Below, piece by piece: positions 28,215-37,426 of a DNA stretch of 64,000 bases (its first letter is position 1; each line of letters starts with the position of its first letter). The translations under genes were made by a program, and so were the position numbers. The notes beneath the pieces are model-generated. The model was not told where the DNA came from. It searched no databases and saw only the letters and a list, made by a program, of their open reading frames with translations. The stretch is from Fervidicoccaceae archaeon (lineage in GTDB: Archaea; Thermoproteota; Thermoprotei_A; Sulfolobales; Fervidicoccaceae): the NCBI GenBank assembly GCA_038734945.1, contig JAVYOA010000001.1, positions 124,001 to 188,000 on the forward strand. The letters are read 5' to 3'.

Positions 28215-29533
28215 GAGGGAGGCGAATAAACGCAGCCTCCCATTAGATCTCCATAATAGGCTGAAACAAGACTTGTGCCACTGTAAATGAGCACTGTAGC
28301 ATTTGCTATGATGGGAGAGAAGCTGGAAGCATCGCTGTAGATAAATGCCTTGAACATTCCAAGGGAGGGATCATATGTAGCATTGTAAACATTGCCACTG
28401 CTATCAACTACAATTACTTTATATCCCTGCTGTATTCCTGTGAAGTAAACATATAGAGGATCCCTGCTCCTTGTAACATAGATGAAATCAAACGAAGTAT
28501 TGGTGCTACTATAGCTCCCAATTCCTATATATGAGACATTTAGGGGAGAAGAATCGCTGTAAGATGCATATGATTGCTGCGATGCTAAAACGAGAGATCC
28601 TATAGCAGCAGAGGAGCCGTTCTTGGCGAGGTAGCTTTCCAGAAGAACTGGAAGGGAAGCAGAAATGGTTTGCCCCTGGCTCAATCCAAGCCACCTGGAA
28701 GTATATACCCATATGCCTGCCTGCATGAAATTGCTGTTCCGAAAATAAACACCAGAGTCGTAGAAGCTGTTCAGGAAAGAGGTGGATCCCGAGAATAGAA
28801 CGTCAGCCGTGCTTCCCTGCATATCTGAGGCGAGAATCCTGGTTACAACATACACTGAAGAGGGAAAGGAAGAGGTATAGCCATATGCTGTGAGATTCAA
28901 ATAAGCCACATTTTCCCCTGAAGGAAGTGTGCTCGTTCCAGAAACAACGAGAGCTCCCGATTTCCAACTCCATGTGCCGGAAACTGGAACTATTTTTTTC
29001 AAAGAAATGGGATCAGACAAAAAATCGTCATAGGCAATGACGTTGTTCTCAACGAGAGATAGAGAGGGGATCCCATAAGAGGGTGGCTGAGCCACCAAGT
29101 ATGGGCTCAGCGGCACAGAAGCCTGGGTACCGCTCAATGTATGCAGAAGGGCAATGACGCTTCCAGGCACAGAGGAAACTCCATTGACAGCTATTATCCT
29201 GCTCTCCCCCGGCCTTATCACTTCACCAATATAGCTGCTCATGAAGGCGCTTCCATCCCCAAATATAACAAGCACTCTCGATATTATTGCGGGCTCTCCA
29301 TAGCGATTCGTTAAGTTCACACTCAATGTCTTGCTCCCCGGATCATATACATATGTTCCAGAAACAGATCTCATCAGATCCAAGCTTCTCTGCAAAATAC
29401 CTTCTCTCTCTATAGTGCCCTTTATGTACAGCACACCGGCCTGGGTCAGGGAGTAGAGGGAGACAAATATTATGAGAGAGGCAACTATCAGAAAGAGAAT
29501 AGATATGAGTCCAGAGATCCCCCTCTCCCCCAA
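28211..29533 (-). CDS. Type IV pilin-like protein (class III signal peptide) with large C-terminal adhesin-like domain
   Basis: MGERG|ISGLISILFLIVASLIIF fits the archaeal prepilin (K/R)G|hydrophobic pattern; long S/T/Y/G-rich domain follows. Confidence 0.7.
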   Translation of the reverse strand: MGERGISGLISILFLIVASLIIFVSLYSLTQAGVLYIKGTIEREGILQRSLDLMRSVSGTYVYDPGSKTLSVNLTNRYGEPAIISRVLVIFGDGSAFMSSYIGEVIRPGESRIIAVNGVSSVPGSVIALLHTLSGTQASVPLSPYLVAQPPSYGIPSLSLVENNVIAYDDFLSDPISLKKIVPVSGTWSWKSGALVVSGTSTLPSGENVAYLNLTAYGYTSSFPSSVYVVTRILASDMQGSTADVLFSGSTSFLNSFYDSGVYFRNSNFMQAGIWVYTSRWLGLSQGQTISASLPVLLESYLAKNGSSAAIGSLVLASQQSYASYSDSSPLNVSYIGIGSYSSTNTSFDFIYVTRSRDPLYVYFTGIQQGYKVIVVDSSGNVYNATYDPSLGMFKAFIYSDASSFSPIIANATVLIYSGTSLVSAYYGDLMGGCVYSPPS

Positions 29534-29589
29534 AAGCCATCTCCCAGAAAACTTTTATTCTCCTTCCTCTATTAAAATCCTTGGACTTC

Positions 29590-29667
29590 GCGAAGAATGA
29601 TGAGTGTGGCGGTCTCCGAGCCCAAAAGGCAATGAGAGGACATTCAGGAGCCCTTGCTGAGCTTCGC
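29590..29667 (+). ncRNA. Candidate box C/D guide sRNA
   Basis: C box ATGATGA 29597-29603, D' CCGA 29616-29619, D box CTGA 29657-29660, terminal stem GCGAAG/CTTCGC; intergenic. Confidence 0.6.
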
Positions 29668-29844
29668 TTGAAATTTCCAAACAACTAGAACAAAATTAGA
29701 CTCAAGAACGGAAGAAAAGGAGATCTGAAGTACCAACCAAACTTCTATTTTTCTCCCCAAACATTATAAAAATATTCTCAAAAATTTGAGCTGATACGCT
29801 TATTTTGCTCTCAACAATCAATTTTCAGAAAAAGGTCTTCTCAC

Positions 29845-30915
29845 ATGCCTGGCTTTCTCAAGAAGCTGGAAGAAGCAGATCTCGCACTTTCCTTCGAAGA
29901 CGTCCTTCTGCTCCCGTCCTACAGTGATGTAAGCTTCAGTGAAATTGAAACATCGACACTGATACCTCCAAGCCTGAAGCTATCTATCCCAATACTCAGC
30001 TCTCCAATGGACACAGTTACAGGGAGAGAAGTTGCTCTCATCCTTGGCTCCATGGGAGGGCTGGGAGTGCTCCCCAGAAACATCCTCCCAGATGCTGCTA
30101 TTTCAATAATTAAGGAAGCAAGAGAGAGGGGAATTCCAATTGCAGCAGCAGTTGGTCCGAGGGATACTGAGCTGGCAAGAAAGCTAATCGACGAGGAAGT
30201 AAGCTGCATAGTTATAGACTCAGCCCATGGACACAGCAAGAGCGTCATAGAGATGACAGCAGAACTCTCCAGATCGGATGTTCCAATAATTTCTGGAAAC
30301 ATAGTAACTGCTGATGCAGCATTAGCTCTGGTCGAGGCTGGAGCTTCAGGACTGAGAGTAGGAATAGGCCCAGGACATGCTTGCACTACTAGGGAAATAG
30401 CAGGAATTGGCTGCCCCCAGCTCACTGCAATAGCTAGAGTTGCTGATGCTGTCTCAGATTCAGATATGGAGGTAGCTGTAATAGCCGATGGAGGTTTTGA
30501 AAAGCCGGCAGATCTCGTTAAAGCAATCGCTGTGGGAGCAGATGCCATCATGCTTGGCTATCTCATAGCATCTAGCCTTGAGGCCCCTGGTGAGAGGGTT
30601 GAGTTGAATGGAAAGTGCTACAAGCGCTATAGAGGGATGGGGAGCCAAGGGGCACTGCAATCCGGCTCCTCTAGATACGGCGAATTCAAAAGAGTTCCTG
30701 AGGGGGTGGAAGGATTAATAGAATGCAGAGGGAGCCTCTCAAGCATAATCGATTTTCTCCTCGGCGGTCTGAAGCAGGGCATGGGATACGTGGGGGCCAG
30801 GAACCTGAGTGAACTTAAGGAGAAAGCCAAGCTGGTGAGAATAACCCCCTCATCCTTCAGAGAGGGAGGACCGAGAGGAATGCTGAGGGATGGGGAATGG
30901 GATGCTTTGAAATAG
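29845..30915 (+). CDS. guaB: IMP dehydrogenase / GMP reductase family protein lacking the CBS domains
   Basis: SSPMDTVT, IDSAHGHS, VGIGPGHACTTR, ADGG, YRGMGS, VPEGVEG. Confidence 0.88.
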   Translation: MPGFLKKLEEADLALSFEDVLLLPSYSDVSFSEIETSTLIPPSLKLSIPILSSPMDTVTGREVALILGSMGGLGVLPRNILPDAAISIIKEARERGIPIAAAVGPRDTELARKLIDEEVSCIVIDSAHGHSKSVIEMTAELSRSDVPIISGNIVTADAALALVEAGASGLRVGIGPGHACTTREIAGIGCPQLTAIARVADAVSDSDMEVAVIADGGFEKPADLVKAIAVGADAIMLGYLIASSLEAPGERVELNGKCYKRYRGMGSQGALQSGSSRYGEFKRVPEGVEGLIECRGSLSSIIDFLLGGLKQGMGYVGARNLSELKEKAKLVRITPSSFREGGPRGMLRDGEWDALK

Positions 30916-31994
30916 AGGAGCTATTTCAAGGAAGAAAAGTAATTACAGAAGCCACATTCTGCCTTCCTGGAAAGGCCTCTGGAAGCTTCAGATCAGCAAT
31001 CTCTCCCGGACTCAGCGATGCTCACGCGCATCCCCAGGTAATTGATGTAGGGGAAAAGGGAATATGGAGAGATAGCTATGAGTGGATCAGCAGAAGAAAG
31101 CTAAGAATAAGAGAGGGGGATCTGAGGAAGGATCCAATATTATCATCTAAGTTAGCTTCCATTGCACTTAAGCTCTCCGCTCTTGATGGTGTAACCCTCA
31201 TAGCACTAACAGGAAGCATATATGGGAACATCTTGGCCATAAGGAAAGAAAGCCTTCGCCCCAGGACAATCCTATTCCCCACCGTCATGGATAGAGAAGG
31301 CTGGATAAGTTTGGAGGAAGCGAGAACGATATTCGGATCCCATGCTAATTTAGATGGAGGAACAATCAAGCTGGGAATATTTCTCCACTCTCTGGGATTC
31401 ACAAGGAGAGAAGCAGTCAAAGAAGCGATCTTGCTGAGCAGAAAAAACAACCTTCCAGTAGCACTCCACCTGAGCGAGGGAAAGAAAGAGGCATTTAAGC
31501 TCAAAGAGATGCTCGGAGAAAACGCTGGTGGCCTAATAGCAGTTCACTGCCTAGAGGAGCCCGAGGAATGCAGGGAGCTTGGACTAAAAATAGTATCCTG
31601 TCCACTCAGCAACATCTACCTATACGGGAGAACCTTAACATCTCCCGATCTATTCGATGCTCTGGGAAGCGACTGGCCCCTGATCACAGGAACTATGAGG
31701 GACGTCCTCTCAATCTCCACCTCACTTTTTGGCTTCAGCGAGCAGCTTCTTGGGAAGGCAACTTTAGGAGGTTATGAGCTCTTCAGCATTCCTGCCTCAA
31801 ACGACATCTCACTGTACGATGAATCACTAATTGATGTCGCCTCCGGCAGAGCGAGACCAAAAATGGTTCTTGTTAATGGAAGGGAGACAGTTGTAGAGGG
31901 AAAATTGGATGGAATTGATCGAGAAGAGGTTGAGAAAGAAGCAAGGGAGGTCATAGAGGAGGCCTTTAGCCTCTACGGAAGTGATTCCTCATGA
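30897..31994 (+). CDS. Amidohydrolase superfamily protein (nucleoside/nucleobase deaminase-like)
   Basis: DAHAH, LHS, HLSE, VHC, CPLSN, LGSDW. Confidence 0.75.
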   Translation: MGCFEIEELFQGRKVITEATFCLPGKASGSFRSAISPGLSDAHAHPQVIDVGEKGIWRDSYEWISRRKLRIREGDLRKDPILSSKLASIALKLSALDGVTLIALTGSIYGNILAIRKESLRPRTILFPTVMDREGWISLEEARTIFGSHANLDGGTIKLGIFLHSLGFTRREAVKEAILLSRKNNLPVALHLSEGKKEAFKLKEMLGENAGGLIAVHCLEEPEECRELGLKIVSCPLSNIYLYGRTLTSPDLFDALGSDWPLITGTMRDVLSISTSLFGFSEQLLGKATLGGYELFSIPASNDISLYDESLIDVASGRARPKMVLVNGRETVVEGKLDGIDREEVEKEAREVIEEAFSLYGSDSS

Positions 31995-33544
31995 GAAAGA
32001 TAATCATCATTGATTTTGGAGGTCAGTATGCACATCTGATAGCAAGGAGGATAAGAGAGCTCAACAGGCTCTCCGTGATGGTGGCAGGAAAGAAAGGCAT
32101 AAAAATCCCAAAGAGAGAGGAAGCAGGAGCTCTGATCCTCTCCGGAGGACCCAGAAGCGTCAACAAGGAGGATATCGAACTAGCTAATGAAATTCTAGAG
32201 ATCTCATTGTCCGAAAAGATACCAATAATGGGCATATGCTATGGGCACCAGCTCCTGGCAAAAGCTCTTGGAGGTAGCATTGAAAGGAAGAGGAAAGAAG
32301 AGTACGGATCAGTAAACATGAAGATCCTGAAGGAAGATCCAATATTTAACAATGTCCCCTCAAATCTTAAAGTTTGGATGTCGCACTCGGACTCCGTCTC
32401 CATCCTTCCACAAGAGACGGAGGTCCTGGCATTGACGGAAAATGAAGTTGTAGCAGCATTCAGGCACTTATTCCTTCCCATCTATGGACTTCAATTCCAT
32501 CCGGAAGTGAAGCATACCGAGATGGGAAAGGAAATACTGGAGAACTTTCTCTCAAGGGTGGCTGGGATCGGGAAAGAATGGTTTCCGGTCAGCAGGGCAA
32601 CAGCAATAATTGAGGAGCTGAAGGAAAGGATGAAGGAGGGCGATGTACTAGCTGCAGTGAGCGGTGGCGTAGACTCAATAACAGCAGCAGTGCTGGTTTC
32701 AAGGGCTGTAGGAAAAGAGAGGATCCATGCCCTTCTTATAGATACAGGTCTCCTGAGGGAAGGGGAGATCGAGGAAGCAAAGAAGGCTCTGAGCGAAGCA
32801 GGAATAATGAACATTTACATAGCTGACAAATCCAAGGAATTTCTCTCGAGGCTGAAAGGGATAACAGATCCCGAGGAGAAGAGAAGAGCAGTCTCCGAGA
32901 CCTTTGCCAGAGCTTTCGAGGAATTTGCCTCCAATCTCGCTTCAAGAGGGATAAAACTGAAATACCTAGTTCAGGGAACAATATATCCTGACAGAATAGA
33001 GAGCGGTGCTGCGGGGGCTGGAGCGGAAAAAATAAAGAGTCATCACAACGTGGCAATGAGGACAATTGAAGGGCTAGATGTTATTGAACCCCTTTCCGAA
33101 TTCTACAAGGATGAAGTTAGGGAGATAGCCAGAAGCTTGGGGATTCCCAATTATATATTGAAAAAACATCCATTTCCAGGACCAGGACTAGCCATAAGAA
33201 TAATTGGAGAAATATCAGAGGAAAATCTGAAGAAGGTCAGGAAAGCCACAAAGATAGTTGAGGAGGAGCTGAGAAAATTCAATCTCTACGAACATGTTTG
33301 GCAGGCTTTCGCTGTTCTTCTTCCAATTAAAACTGTGGGGATAAAGGGAGACAGCAGAAGCTATGAAGAAGCAGTAGCAATAAGAATTGTTGAGAGCGAG
33401 GATGGAATGACAGCATCTGTGCCAGAGATTCCGTGGGGGCTGATTGAGAGGATAGCATCTAGAATAGTTAACGAAGTTCCTGGAGTAAATAGAGTTCTCT
33501 TCGATGCAACCACGAAGCCGCCCGCGACCATAGAGTTCGAGTAG
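31991..33544 (+). CDS. guaA: GMP synthase (glutamine-hydrolysing, fused subunits)
   Basis: DFGGQY, GICYGHQ, QFHPEV, SGGVDS, IKSHHN, HPFPGPGL, KPPATIEFE. Confidence 0.96.
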   Translation: MRKIIIIDFGGQYAHLIARRIRELNRLSVMVAGKKGIKIPKREEAGALILSGGPRSVNKEDIELANEILEISLSEKIPIMGICYGHQLLAKALGGSIERKRKEEYGSVNMKILKEDPIFNNVPSNLKVWMSHSDSVSILPQETEVLALTENEVVAAFRHLFLPIYGLQFHPEVKHTEMGKEILENFLSRVAGIGKEWFPVSRATAIIEELKERMKEGDVLAAVSGGVDSITAAVLVSRAVGKERIHALLIDTGLLREGEIEEAKKALSEAGIMNIYIADKSKEFLSRLKGITDPEEKRRAVSETFARAFEEFASNLASRGIKLKYLVQGTIYPDRIESGAAGAGAEKIKSHHNVAMRTIEGLDVIEPLSEFYKDEVREIARSLGIPNYILKKHPFPGPGLAIRIIGEISEENLKKVRKATKIVEEELRKFNLYEHVWQAFAVLLPIKTVGIKGDSRSYEEAVAIRIVESEDGMTASVPEIPWGLIERIASRIVNEVPGVNRVLFDATTKPPATIEFE

Positions 33545-33666
33545 AATTTCAAAATTATTTATAATTCTTAAGAATCGATATCTTGAGAAAAAATTGAAAA
33601 AACACTTTTTAATCCTCGAGAAAAAATTAACTCAACTCTCATTCCCACTTGAGTGTGATAAAATGA

Positions 33667-33794
33667 AGGAGGGCCCAGCAGAAGGTGCATGCAAGCACTC
33701 AACCTCACCTTCTGCTGCAGCCTTCCTCAGCATTTTCTCCTCCATTCTCTATATTTTGATCATCATTTATTGGGCCCTCCTCTAGGAGGGCCCA
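33667..33794. repeat. Intergenic nested inverted repeats
   Basis: AGGAGGGCCCA at 33667 and 33784 are both complementary to TGGGCCCTCCT at 33771; 12-bp IR at 33676-33687/33706-33717. Confidence 0.6.
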
Positions 33795-33884
33795 CACACC
33801 ATACTTTATAAATAAAAACCCAATATTCCCCCACTCTATTACCTTTTTTCTCTTTTCAAAAAACTCTCAAAGGAGGACGAAACA

Positions 33885-35603
33885 ATGCACTCAAATAAAA
33901 ATAATGAGAATCACAGGGAAAAGACCTCATCCAATAAGAGATCCCTTAGCACACCCTCAGTTCTGGCTCTAATAGTTGTTGTAGCAATCGTGGCGGCAGC
34001 AGCAATTTTCCTCTCAAGAGGATCCTCACTACAAACACAGACTACAACCACCGCAGCACCAACAACCACAACAACTCTCTCTACCACAACTTCACTTCCT
34101 CCAACAACAACCACAACACAGCAGACAACAACCCAGCTGGGCTCGGGAAAAACGCTGAAAGTCGGCATAGGTGTGGATGCTGATACACTCGACCCAGCCG
34201 GACAGACCACAACAACAATAAGCAACATAATCAGGCTCATAGCCGAGCCGCTCTTCTTAACTTCTCCCAACGGCACCCTAATTCCCGTTCTCGCAGAATC
34301 CTACAATATATCGGATAATGGAACGGTCTACACAATATCTCTCAAGAAGGGGATAAAATTCCAGGACGGAGAGCCATTCAACGCTGAGGCAGTTAAGTTC
34401 ACACTGGAGAGAATTCTCGATCCAAGCGTAAAAGTCCCCTCAAGAGGAAACTATCTCCTCATAGATAGAGTCGAGGTCGTTGACAACTACACTGTGAGAA
34501 TATATCTGAAGAAACCATTCGCCCCATTCCTCGGAGTTCTTGCCTCTGCTTATATAGTTGCTCCAAATGCCACAAAGCAGCTTGGCGACAAGATAGCAAC
34601 GTCGCCTGTTGGCATAGGCACGGGACCATATATCTTCAAAGAATGGGTCAAGGGAGATCACATAACCCTAGTTGCTAATCCGAACTACTGGAACGGAACT
34701 CCATACTTCAGTCAAATAATATTCAAGATAGTTCCAGATGCTAGCACAAGGGAGGCAATGCTCCTCTCAGGCGATCTTGACTTAATAATTCAGCCTCCAG
34801 CAAGCGATGTGGCCAGCCTGAGCTCCAGAAGCGATATCAAGGTAGCTAGCGTGATATCCACTAGGGAAATGTACATTGGGATAAATACAAAATATGGCCC
34901 CCTCTCCGATCCAAGAGTGAGGCAAGCCCTCAATTATGCCATAGACAAGACATCCCTCATAAAATACGTTCTCTTCGGTCTAGGCTCCCCAGTGGACTCG
35001 GTGCTTCCCCAGACATCTGTTGGATACATAAAAGTAGGGCCCTATCCCTATGATCCTCAGAAAGCTAAGCAGCTTCTCGCTGAAGCAGGCTATCCCAATG
35101 GCTTCTCAGTCACACTGATAACTCCGAACGGGAGATATCTATTCGACACGCAGGTAGCAGAAACAGTAGCGCAATATCTGAGAGACATAGGCCTTCAGGT
35201 ATCAGTCAGAACCTATGACTGGCCCACATACGTCTCAACAGTACTGGCTCCACTGAATAGAACAGAGCTTCAACTGTTCCTCCTAGGCTGGTCTCCGAGC
35301 GTGCTGGACCCGTACTTCTACACATATCAGCTGTTCCACTCCTCTCAGTTCACTCCAAACGGCTTCAACAACTTCTTCTACAACAACACCACTGTGGATC
35401 AGCTATTGGAGCAGGGAGCAACAGTTACAGATCCTGACCTTAGGTCGCAGATATACCAGAACCTCACGAAAATACTATGGAATGATGCTCCAATGATATT
35501 CCTCTACTATCAAGCATTCGTTGTGGCATACAGGAGCACGCTAAGTAATGTCATAGTCTTCCCATACGAAATGGTTGACTTCGCAAGCATAAGAATGGGG
35601 TGA
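33885..35603 (+). CDS. dppA: Peptide ABC transporter substrate-binding protein (family 5)
   Basis: N-terminal TM helix, Thr-rich linker, KFQDGEPFNAEAVKFT, GTGPY, VRQALNYAID. Confidence 0.9.
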   Translation: MHSNKNNENHREKTSSNKRSLSTPSVLALIVVVAIVAAAAIFLSRGSSLQTQTTTTAAPTTTTTLSTTTSLPPTTTTTQQTTTQLGSGKTLKVGIGVDADTLDPAGQTTTTISNIIRLIAEPLFLTSPNGTLIPVLAESYNISDNGTVYTISLKKGIKFQDGEPFNAEAVKFTLERILDPSVKVPSRGNYLLIDRVEVVDNYTVRIYLKKPFAPFLGVLASAYIVAPNATKQLGDKIATSPVGIGTGPYIFKEWVKGDHITLVANPNYWNGTPYFSQIIFKIVPDASTREAMLLSGDLDLIIQPPASDVASLSSRSDIKVASVISTREMYIGINTKYGPLSDPRVRQALNYAIDKTSLIKYVLFGLGSPVDSVLPQTSVGYIKVGPYPYDPQKAKQLLAEAGYPNGFSVTLITPNGRYLFDTQVAETVAQYLRDIGLQVSVRTYDWPTYVSTVLAPLNRTELQLFLLGWSPSVLDPYFYTYQLFHSSQFTPNGFNNFFYNNTTVDQLLEQGATVTDPDLRSQIYQNLTKILWNDAPMIFLYYQAFVVAYRSTLSNVIVFPYEMVDFASIRMG

Positions 35604-35612
35604 TCCCTAAAG

Positions 35613-36548
35613 ATGGCATTCATATCTTTTTTTGCTAGAAGGCTTTTCGGCATCATGATAGTAGTTTTCTCAGTTAGCATATTCATGTTCATCCTCCTCA
35701 GGTCGATTCCAGGAGATCCTGCTAGGCTCCTGGCTGGTTTTGATGCCCCCCCACAGGTTGTTGAGCAGATAAGAGAGAAGTACGGCCTCAATGACCCCCT
35801 ACCAATTCAGCTCATTAAATACCTGGGGAACTTGCTCACATTCAACCTGGGAATTTCAATAAGGACGGACAATCCTGTTCTCAGTGAAATATTAGCAAGG
35901 CTTCCATACACTATATATCTCTCCATCGTCAGCCTAGCAATAGCCATAGCTGTTGGAATACCTCTTGGAGCCTATGCAGCCCTAAGGAAGGACTCAACCC
36001 TTGACTACTTAGTCACAGCATTTGCCTCTCTGGGCACAGCTATGCCAACATTCTGGCTGGGGCTCATGTTGATCTTCCTCTTCGCAGTTCAGCTCAAGCT
36101 CCTACCGGCAGGAGGGGCAGACTCCCCATACAGCATTCTGCTTCCCGCACTTACTCTTTCAATATCCGTGATGTCCCCAATAGTAAAAACAACGAGGTTC
36201 ACCTTTCTCGAGGTTATGAGAGAGGACTTTGTCAAGCTCGCAAGGGCAAAGGGGCTCAGCAAGAACAAGGTGATATTCAAACACATCATGAGAAATGCCA
36301 TGATACCAGTCCTAACAGTCATCGGGCTGCAGTTGGGCAACCTAATGAGGGGGGCAGTGATAACCGAGACGGTCTTCGCATGGCCTGGAATAGGGAGGCT
36401 TGTAGTGGACTCAATTTTTGCTAGAGACTATCCAATGGTTCAGGGGGCAATATTCATACTGGCTCTCATGTACGCGCTCATAAACCTGGCAGTTGACTCT
36501 CTCTACGCAGTAGTTGATCCAAGAATAAGGCTTGGAGGTGCTGCCTAG
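35613..36548 (+). CDS. dppB: Peptide ABC transporter permease
   Basis: IPGDPA, ARAKGL, ETVFAWPGIG, RDYPMVQG. Confidence 0.92.
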   Translation: MAFISFFARRLFGIMIVVFSVSIFMFILLRSIPGDPARLLAGFDAPPQVVEQIREKYGLNDPLPIQLIKYLGNLLTFNLGISIRTDNPVLSEILARLPYTIYLSIVSLAIAIAVGIPLGAYAALRKDSTLDYLVTAFASLGTAMPTFWLGLMLIFLFAVQLKLLPAGGADSPYSILLPALTLSISVMSPIVKTTRFTFLEVMREDFVKLARAKGLSKNKVIFKHIMRNAMIPVLTVIGLQLGNLMRGAVITETVFAWPGIGRLVVDSIFARDYPMVQGAIFILALMYALINLAVDSLYAVVDPRIRLGGAA

Positions 36549-37426
36549 TGGATGTAAAGCTGGATTCCCTAAAGAGACTTGGATCGGTGGATTCCACCAT
36601 AATCCTCATTACGAGGAGCAGGACGGGGATGCTTGGACTTTCAATGATTTCCTCTATTCTCTTTATTTCCCTCATAATAGGCATGATAAGCCCCTACAGC
36701 CCGATAAAGGGGAATCTGGCAGATGCGCTGAAACCGCCATCCCTCTCTCATATATTCGGAACAGACGAGCTGGGAAGAGATCTATTCACGAGAACCTTTT
36801 ACGGAGTCAGAACATCGATACTCATATCTTTCCTGGGTGCCGGAATAGGTGCGGCTCTGGGAACACTGCTCGGACTAATGGCAGGGTACTTGGGGGGAAT
36901 TGTGGACTACTCCCTCATGAGGCTCTCCGATGCTCTCCTCTCAATACCATCAATACTCATAGCAATAGCTCTAGTTGCCATCCTAGGTCCAGGAACAACC
37001 AACATAATCATAGCGATCGCATTTGGTTTAGTTCCTGCCTACATGAGGCTAACAAGGGGGATCGTTGTCCAAGTGAAGAACTTGGAATATGTCATAGCTG
37101 CTAAACTACTTGGTCTCAGCAGCACCAGGATAATGTTCAGGCACATACTCCCCAACATATCCTATCTCACAGTCTCTCAATTCACCCTAGATCTGGGAGG
37201 AGCCATACTAATGGCTGCTGGGCTGGGCTTTCTTGGTCTCGGAGTGCAGCCTCCCCAGCCTGAGCTTGGAACAATAATCGGAACAGCGAAGAACTACATA
37301 GGAGTAGCACCTTACTTGATACTCTTTCCGGGCCTAGTACTCCTCCTCCTGTCGCTTGGATTCAACCTCTTGGGCAACACTCTTAGAGATATAATAGACC
37401 CGTCATCGAGGGTGAGGATGAAATGA
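36548..37426 (+). CDS. dppC: Peptide ABC transporter permease
   Basis: FGTDELGRD, RHILPN, LGFLGLG. Confidence 0.92.
   Translation: MDVKLDSLKRLGSVDSTIILITRSRTGMLGLSMISSILFISLIIGMISPYSPIKGNLADALKPPSLSHIFGTDELGRDLFTRTFYGVRTSILISFLGAGIGAALGTLLGLMAGYLGGIVDYSLMRLSDALLSIPSILIAIALVAILGPGTTNIIIAIAFGLVPAYMRLTRGIVVQVKNLEYVIAAKLLGLSSTRIMFRHILPNISYLTVSQFTLDLGGAILMAAGLGFLGLGVQPPQPELGTIIGTAKNYIGVAPYLILFPGLVLLLLSLGFNLLGNTLRDIIDPSSRVRMK

Noticed and set aside
34030..34135. ACA/ACC-rich repetitive tract (also at about 42085-42135)
   Set aside because: Encodes ordinary Thr-rich linkers of membrane-anchored substrate-binding proteins
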